From: Promethearchaeota archaeon
GTDB taxonomy: Archaea; Asgardarchaeota; Lokiarchaeia; Sigyniarchaeales; SOKP01
DNA: 24,000 bases
Assembly (NCBI GenBank): GCA_030599585.1
Contig: JAUVNS010000005.1
Span: forward strand, 146,941-170,940
Reading direction: 5' to 3'
This document shows, piece by piece, positions 18,478 through 24,000 of the stretch (its first letter is position 1; the number at the start of each line of letters is the position of its first letter). A model generated the notes under the pieces. It worked only from the letters and a program-made list of their open reading frames with translations. It made no database searches and was not told the origin of the DNA. A program made the position numbers and the translations under genes.

Positions 18478-19164
18478 ATGACAGAAAAAAAGGAAAAAAT
18501 AGTCGAAAAAGAAGAAGAAATCAAGGATAAGGAAAAAGAAATCAAAGACGAGGAAGACGAAATCGAAGACAGAAACGATTTAGATTATAAAATTGAGAAT
18601 GTAGTTGCGACTGTTGTTGTCGAAATCACCGAAAAAATCGATTTAAATATAATTGCTCGCAAACACGCTGATGTTGAATATAATCCCGAAAGATTTCCTG
18701 GTTTAGTTATGAGAATTCTAAAACCGAAAGCTACGATCTTAATTTTTTCGACTGGAAAGATGGTAGTTACAGGGATGCGCAAAGCTTCAGAAGCTGATAG
18801 GGTTGTGGAGAAAGTGTTAAAGAATATAAGAAAGGCAGGCATAAAAGTATCCAATCCCGAAATTACGATTCAGAATATTGTAGCAAGCGGAGATTTACAC
18901 ACGAATATAGATTTAAATATGGCAGCTATCGTTATGGAATACGCTATGTACGAACCTGAAGTATTTCCCGGTTTGATCTACAGAATGCAAGAGCCTAAAA
19001 CGGTTTTTTTAATTTTCAGCACTGGTAGGATTGTTTGTACGGGAGCTAAGAAGAAAGAAATCGTTAGAGAAGCAGTGAAGAAATTAAATAAGGAAGTACG
19101 CAAGTTAGGTGTAGCGAAAAAGGACTTAGGAAATCCCGACTATCAAGATATTACTTTTATTTAA
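18478..19164 (+). CDS. tbp: TATA-box-binding protein, copy 2, with a different charged N-terminal extension
   Basis: The 193-aa core differs from copy 1 at 7 positions by my count. The N-terminal 35 aa (MTEKKEKIVEKEEEIKDKEKEIKDEEDEIEDRNDL) differ from copy 1's 30 aa. Confidence 0.97.
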   Translation: MTEKKEKIVEKEEEIKDKEKEIKDEEDEIEDRNDLDYKIENVVATVVVEITEKIDLNIIARKHADVEYNPERFPGLVMRILKPKATILIFSTGKMVVTGMRKASEADRVVEKVLKNIRKAGIKVSNPEITIQNIVASGDLHTNIDLNMAAIVMEYAMYEPEVFPGLIYRMQEPKTVFLIFSTGRIVCTGAKKKEIVREAVKKLNKEVRKLGVAKKDLGNPDYQDITFI

Positions 19165-19348
19165 TTATTTTATTTTTTTTAAGGATTCTCGCTTTATTTA
19201 AAGTTGCAATTTTTATAATTCTAAAACTATCAATATTTTAATCAAAAAAAAGAATATACTTACTATTAATACTTAATTGCTAAATCTACCTATTTTTTAA
19301 TACAACTAAATTTGAATTAGAAACTATTGAAAGTTGAGGTCCTGAAAA

Positions 19349-19840
19349 TTAGTCTTTTTGAAATACAATCATAAATTCGCAATGATCTTTTCCTGATTGT
19401 AAGCTACAATCGACCTCTTGTGCAAAACAATGATTATTTGTCATTTTTTCAACGAGTCCTGCCAATAAACCTGCTTCGAATGAACAAAAGCTTCCATCTG
19501 TTTTTATACCTTTATTAATGAGATCCTTTATGGAAGAATGTCCTTTAAGTTTTAATTGCACAATTTCTTCGCTACTTTCTATAATCTCGACATCGCCTAG
19601 GTTATATTCAGAGATTTTTTCTTTTAAAGCATTAGGAATATCTTTTACATCATCAATTTGTTTAACTTTTAAAATAGTTCCTAATTCGTGACCTAAATAG
19701 TAGAAAATAGCCTCTAACTGATGACCTAAAGCCAACAAAGCTCCTACTTTCATATCTCCAATCTCTTTTCCACCTTTCAAATGTTTCCTCATTTGTACTA
19801 AAATTTTTGAAAGCAATTGCCTATCCATTTTTTTATCCAC
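19349..19840 (-). CDS. V4R (4-vinyl reductase) domain protein
   Basis: 163 aa. GSFCSFEAGLLAGLVEKMTNNHCFAQEVDCSLQSGKDHCEFMI fits the V4R C-terminal signature (C..F..G.l.g......C.a.G...C.F). Confidence 0.75.
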   Translation of the reverse strand: MDKKMDRQLLSKILVQMRKHLKGGKEIGDMKVGALLALGHQLEAIFYYLGHELGTILKVKQIDDVKDIPNALKEKISEYNLGDVEIIESSEEIVQLKLKGHSSIKDLINKGIKTDGSFCSFEAGLLAGLVEKMTNNHCFAQEVDCSLQSGKDHCEFMIVFQKD

Positions 19841-19863
19841 ACTCTATGTTTATATATTTGTGA

Positions 19864-20157
19864 TTATAATTTTACGGAAGATATAAATCCATATAATATT
19901 GCATCTATGATGTCTTCCTCTTGAATATTTACAGATAACCTCCTATCTGCCACAATAATTGTCGGTAATGAAGTAATCTTATATTCGTTAGTTAATTGGT
20001 AATTTTTTTCTACATCAATTTTTTGTATATACAATTTTTTTCCAAACATCGAAATATTTATTCTCTTTAACATCTGCTCAATTGGCAGGCACGGACCACA
20101 ATGGGAAGATGAAAAAAATAAAATTTTCGGATAACCTTGCTGAAACTTTTCTAACAT
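19864..20157 (-). CDS. Small thioredoxin-like protein
   Basis: 97 aa. ILFFSSSHCGPCLPIEQML (CGPC active site), DVEKNYQLTNEYKITSLPTIIV (cis-Pro motif). Confidence 0.85.
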   Translation of the reverse strand: MLEKFQQGYPKILFFSSSHCGPCLPIEQMLKRINISMFGKKLYIQKIDVEKNYQLTNEYKITSLPTIIVADRRLSVNIQEEDIIDAILYGFISSVKL

Positions 20158-20197
20158 ACATCACCCTATATGTGCCGGCAAAACCTTTTTTTTTCAT

Positions 20198-20746
20198 TCA
20201 TTGATCCTTATATTTTTCATAAAGGTCTTTAATTATTGCTTGGAACGATTTATACACGCCATTTCCTGTCTTTGCGCTTGTTTTGTAGTATCCAAGAAAA
20301 TCTCTTTTATCAACAATCTCTTCTACTCTACTCTCATCTAGTTCCTCGTCATTAACTAAATCCATTTTATTTCCAAATAACACGATTGGAATATTTCCAC
20401 AGTATTTCTTAATATCCTCATGCCATTCTGAAATGTGCTTAAAACTATTATCAATTTCGTTTGGAGCAAGAGAAAAAACTATAATTGCGGCTTTACTACC
20501 CTTGTAAAAAGTAGGTCTCATAAATGAGAACTCTTTTTGTCCTGCTATATCCCAGAAGAAGAGTTTTACAGCGCTGTTTTCTATTTTCTCGTCATATTTA
20601 GAGAACTGTGCTCCTAAAGTCTTGATGTATTCTTTCTTAAAACTCCCTTTAGTATATTTTTTTATTAAGGAGGTCTTCCCTACTCCCCCATCTCCAATAA
20701 CTGTTATCTTGAAAACGAAATCCTTCCTCTCGTCACTTTCACTCAT
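20198..20746 (-). CDS. Rab/Ras-like small GTPase
   Basis: G1 GDGGVGKTS, G2 KTLG, G3 WDIAGQK, G4 GNKMD, G5 KTSAKTG. Confidence 0.95.
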   Translation of the reverse strand: MSESDERKDFVFKITVIGDGGVGKTSLIKKYTKGSFKKEYIKTLGAQFSKYDEKIENSAVKLFFWDIAGQKEFSFMRPTFYKGSKAAIIVFSLAPNEIDNSFKHISEWHEDIKKYCGNIPIVLFGNKMDLVNDEELDESRVEEIVDKRDFLGYYKTSAKTGNGVYKSFQAIIKDLYEKYKDQ

Positions 20747-20907
20747 AAAATCACATTATAGTTTTAACTTGAATGTCTTTGTAATTTCTTTTACTTCTAT
20801 AGAATATAAATTATAAATAGTACTTTTTATTTATATTGCTTTTTATTATTAAATGGATTCTTATAAATTCTCCAGATTTTTAAAATATCAAAGGTGATAA
20901 ATTACTT

Positions 20908-21384
20908 ATGGAACTTTTAGAAATAATCAAAGACATTATTACTGAATTTACAACTAGAAAAATTACCTTAGCCATTGCAGAATCTTGTACAGGAGGCTAT
21001 ATTTCAAATATGCTTACCAATATTTCTGGCGCCTCTAAAGTTTTTGAAAGGGGTATAGTTTGTTATAGCAATGCGTCTAAAGTAGCGCTATTGAATGTTG
21101 ATCCTGAAAGTATAAATCAGCACGGAGCAGTGTCGGAAACGGTAGCAAAACAATTAGCGAATAATATTAGAGTCCTCTCCAATGTTGACATAGGGATAGG
21201 GATTACTGGCATCGCAGGACCTACTGGTGGTACGACTGAGAAACCAGTAGGATTAGTATATATTGGTTTTTCAACTATCGATGAAACTTTCGTGGGGAAA
21301 CATCATTTTAACGTAGATAGGATTACTTTTAAGACTAAAATATTGGAAAAAATCCTTTTACTATTACAGAATTACATAAAATAA
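20908..21384 (+). CDS. pncC: CinA C-terminal-like nicotinamide-nucleotide amidase
   Basis: 158 aa. AIAESCTGGYISNMLTNISGASKVFERGIVCYSNASKVALLNV, GAVSETVAKQLA, GIGITGIAGPTGGT, KPVGLVYIGF. Confidence 0.92.
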   Translation: MELLEIIKDIITEFTTRKITLAIAESCTGGYISNMLTNISGASKVFERGIVCYSNASKVALLNVDPESINQHGAVSETVAKQLANNIRVLSNVDIGIGITGIAGPTGGTTEKPVGLVYIGFSTIDETFVGKHHFNVDRITFKTKILEKILLLLQNYIK

Positions 21385-21522
21385 CTCAACAAGACTCATT
21401 CTATTTTCTTACTGCAGCGAAGAAGAATAAAAGATTCAACAAAACCTTTTTCTTTAAATATCGAAATCCTAAAAATATGGTATCTCATTTCTACTTAGAA
21501 ATAAAGTGTGAAGGTCCTTTAG

Positions 21523-22761
21523 ATGAATGTTAAAAAGATGTATGGAATTTTTTTCTTAGTGTATTTCACATTAGGAGTGTTTGAAGCTTATTTTGGTTTG
21601 TACATTCCGTTGTTTTATTACGAGATTTTGGCTGTTAATCGAAACGACTTAGCATTTATCCAATTTTTAGGTTTTTTATCGTTAATAATAACGCCCCTTA
21701 TTGGTTATATTTTTGATGCTCATATAAAATCTGAACGAAATCATAAAATATTTGTATATCTTTGCGTTATTTTGCTGTGTTCGTGCTTCTCTATTTTTCT
21801 TATTAATAAAAACATACTTTCATTGTATGGAATCTTTTTGGGCGTATATTTTCTTGCCAGGATGTTTATTCGTACAATTATGAGTAAGATTTTCCTCACA
21901 CTTAGCGTGGAATCGCCAAAAATTAAACATCATATGATATTAATCGTAAACGGAGCAAGAGGTGTTAGTTTTCTTTTAGTGTCTTTGTTTTTCGATTTTA
22001 TTATTAAAAATATCTACTCTTTACCGCAATGGGAAATATTCTTCATGGTCGGATGGATGTTGACGTTACCATTACTCTCTATAATTCTGTTTTTGAGAAA
22101 TAACACCATATTCAGCGATCAAAGTTCAAAAAATAATAAGAAAGATATTGAAAGCAAAAATATAAAAAAATTGAGCCAGAAAAGTGTTCTCTGGTTTATT
22201 ATTTTCTTGTATATTGCGTTCTTTTTAGCGTCTTCAGATTTGATATTTTTATCGTTAGTTAGTTCGTGGGTTTTAACGAAATATAATGAGTTTTCGCTAA
22301 GAATTTTCTTTTCCTTATATTATGTGATATCGATATTTGCACTCCTTGGATATTATATTGCTTCAAAAATCGCCAAAAGGATGAGTAATATTGTTCTTCT
22401 CTTTATTTTTTGTTGCTTCTATTTATTATTCCTTGTTCTTTTACCGTTCTCAAATTTTCCAACATTTTTAGTGCTTCAATGTGGTCTCACATTTGCCGGT
22501 TACATCGCGAATTATATGTATATAAGTATTGTACAAACTATTTCAGTAAAGACGCGATACAAAACTTTTGTGTATCAGCTATTATTAACATGCCAATCAA
22601 TCGCAAATATTGTGTTTGCTCCTATAGGAACATCGTTATCAGTTTTTATCAGCGTGGAAATGTTGATTTTTATTTCTTCAATCTTTTTTGCCTTTTCTTG
22701 CGGAATTCAGTTAATTCTCGTATTAGTAAATAAAATCAAACAAATAAAAGAATTTGATTAA
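21523..22761 (+). CDS. Major facilitator superfamily-like transporter
   Basis: 412 aa with about 12 hydrophobic segments; N-terminal YGIFFLVYFTLGVFEAYFGLYIPLFY...GFLSLIITPLIGYIFD resembles MFS TM1-2 and loop. Cationic central loop. Confidence 0.75.
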   Translation: MNVKKMYGIFFLVYFTLGVFEAYFGLYIPLFYYEILAVNRNDLAFIQFLGFLSLIITPLIGYIFDAHIKSERNHKIFVYLCVILLCSCFSIFLINKNILSLYGIFLGVYFLARMFIRTIMSKIFLTLSVESPKIKHHMILIVNGARGVSFLLVSLFFDFIIKNIYSLPQWEIFFMVGWMLTLPLLSIILFLRNNTIFSDQSSKNNKKDIESKNIKKLSQKSVLWFIIFLYIAFFLASSDLIFLSLVSSWVLTKYNEFSLRIFFSLYYVISIFALLGYYIASKIAKRMSNIVLLFIFCCFYLLFLVLLPFSNFPTFLVLQCGLTFAGYIANYMYISIVQTISVKTRYKTFVYQLLLTCQSIANIVFAPIGTSLSVFISVEMLIFISSIFFAFSCGIQLILVLVNKIKQIKEFD

Positions 22762-22783
22762 TAGTTCTTTCCTATATTGATTA

Positions 22784-23965
22784 TTAAACTAATTTGCCAT
22801 TTTCCATTATTTGTTTTTTTGTTCCATCTTTGTATTCAACGGTAATGTTAGCCTGTGGAGCAGTAACAAAATCCCAATGCAGTTGAGAAACTGATGTGCC
22901 TCCCATCATTTTATTTGAACCAAACGCTAAATGTACGCTTCCATTAATCTTCTCATCTGTTAGAATATAACCAATTGCTTTTGTAATTTCTGGGTTACAT
23001 CCAATCCCTAGCTCTGCTACATTATAAGTTCTTAACTCTGGTAGGTTCTTCTCCCGGTCAATTTTTTCGCTATCTTTAAAGGTATTAATTAAAGCACTTT
23101 GATTCTCTTCAGATGAGACTTCATCGATTAACAACTGTCCCTCCTTAAATCTTAAATGAGTGTTTTTAATGATCTTATTAGTCATCCTGTCTCTAGTGAG
23201 GGGACAAAAAAGAGTGCCTTCGCCAATTTTCTCGTGGGGGGGAAAAAATACTTCTCCTGCAGGTAAATTTCCCCCTAGTAATCCTAACGCAATTTGATCA
23301 TCGGAAAGCAAACCGTTATCTAAAATCATGGGGCGATCTTGAATTGTTACCGTAAAATCCGTCCCAAGATCATCTGAAACATAAACTCTTTTTGCATTTT
23401 CAAAGAATTTTCCCAAGTTTTTTGTAATTTCGTCCATTTTGTTTTGAGGGACGCTCATTCCACCCACTATGAATTTTTCTAATAAATCATATTCAATATT
23501 ATAATAGTTTGCAGCTTTCCTTGAGGGCCATCCTGCATAGCACCACTTTTTCCCTGGAGCGTATTCTGCCTTACCTCCATACAATATATCCTTTATTGGT
23601 GCGTTAAATTTGATTTTTGCTTTGAGTTTTTCTCTAGGTGCGTTTCCTAAAATACCAGGATCTTCATAGGGCTCAATTACAATGTACGCGTCGATATTCT
23701 CGATTAATTTTAAATAATGAAGTGGCGTGATCTCTAAAATTTCACTACTAATGCTTGTATCTTGGTATATCGTATTTGTATAATTATCGCTGCTTGATAT
23801 AATAACGGGAATTCCATTGTTTCTGTAGATGTTCAGGGCAATTTCTTCCAGTAAATCTTGAGAATAAGTACCACCCTTTACTAGAATGTTTTCCCCTTTT
23901 CTTTGAATATTAATCGCATTAACAATATTTTTAGCACATAACTTAATTTTTTCTAATTCTACCAT
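22784..23965 (-). CDS. M29-family aminopeptidase (AmpS/thermophilic aminopeptidase)
   Basis: 393 aa. NLPAGEVFFPP, NVAELGIGCNPEI, GSVHLAFGSNKMMGGTSVSQLHWDFV, IMENGKLV. Confidence 0.88.
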   Translation of the reverse strand: MVELEKIKLCAKNIVNAINIQRKGENILVKGGTYSQDLLEEIALNIYRNNGIPVIISSSDNYTNTIYQDTSISSEILEITPLHYLKLIENIDAYIVIEPYEDPGILGNAPREKLKAKIKFNAPIKDILYGGKAEYAPGKKWCYAGWPSRKAANYYNIEYDLLEKFIVGGMSVPQNKMDEITKNLGKFFENAKRVYVSDDLGTDFTVTIQDRPMILDNGLLSDDQIALGLLGGNLPAGEVFFPPHEKIGEGTLFCPLTRDRMTNKIIKNTHLRFKEGQLLIDEVSSEENQSALINTFKDSEKIDREKNLPELRTYNVAELGIGCNPEITKAIGYILTDEKINGSVHLAFGSNKMMGGTSVSQLHWDFVTAPQANITVEYKDGTKKQIMENGKLV

Positions 23966-24000
23966 AATTCAATATATTTTTTTTTAAATATTAATCTTAA

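Larger units (their letters stand above)
17646..19164 (+). repeat. Tandem direct duplication of a TBP gene with its promoter and leader (about 17646-18394 and about 18401-19164)
   Basis: Leaders align: ATACCCTTTTTAAAAGAATTTAATTTTCTTAATTAGTTAAAATCATATTTATTAAC versus ATACCATTTTTAAAAGAAATTAATTCTCTTAATTAGTTAAAACAATATTTATAAC. Start codons are 755 bp apart and stop codons 770 bp apart (15-bp length difference in the N-terminal extension). Confidence 0.9.

Noticed and set aside
17815-18854. Antisense ORFs 17815..18096 and 18585..18854, similar to each other
   Set aside because: Their similarity is explained by the duplicated TBP sense genes.
22410-22733. 107-aa alternative-frame ORF in the transporter gene
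   Set aside because: Overlaps a convincing 412-aa membrane transporter; composition looks like frame-shifted TM sequence.
1-24000. Canonical CRISPR array, transposase/IS element or defence island
   Set aside because: No short spaced direct repeats, transposase motifs, restriction-modification or other recognisable defence genes were seen. The GIY-YIG protein is of the small widespread UPF0213-like type.

Overview
AT-rich window with densely packed genes and the hallmarks of an Asgard-archaeal (Lokiarchaeia-like) genome. It encodes three Ras/Rab-type small GTPases, longin-like and V4R/TRAPP-like proteins, a CDC48-type double AAA ATPase, a tetraether-lipid-synthase-like radical SAM enzyme, an O-phosphoseryl-tRNA(Sec) kinase (PSTK), and a tandem pair of nearly identical TATA-binding proteins with diverged charged N-terminal extensions. 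It also carries M20, M24 and M29 family peptidases, two PLP aminotransferases, a CinA/PncC amidase, an MFS transporter, a GIY-YIG protein and a small thioredoxin-like protein. Main observations for follow-up: (1) an apparently frameshifted small zinc-finger gene at 2201-2406, whose missing last CxxC pair lies in the -1 frame directly after an in-register A-AAA-AAG heptamer; (2) a 115-nt GC-rich self-complementary element at 3160-3274 in a long non-coding gap, probably an unassigned structured RNA; (3) the tandem TBP duplication including its promoter and leader; (4) a perfectly in-register 105-bp (35-aa) repeat protein cut by the window edge; (5) two V4R-like/small GTPase neighbourhoods. Family assignments come from recognised motifs only; no searches were run. 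I did not find a convincing new defence-type or multi-gene system.
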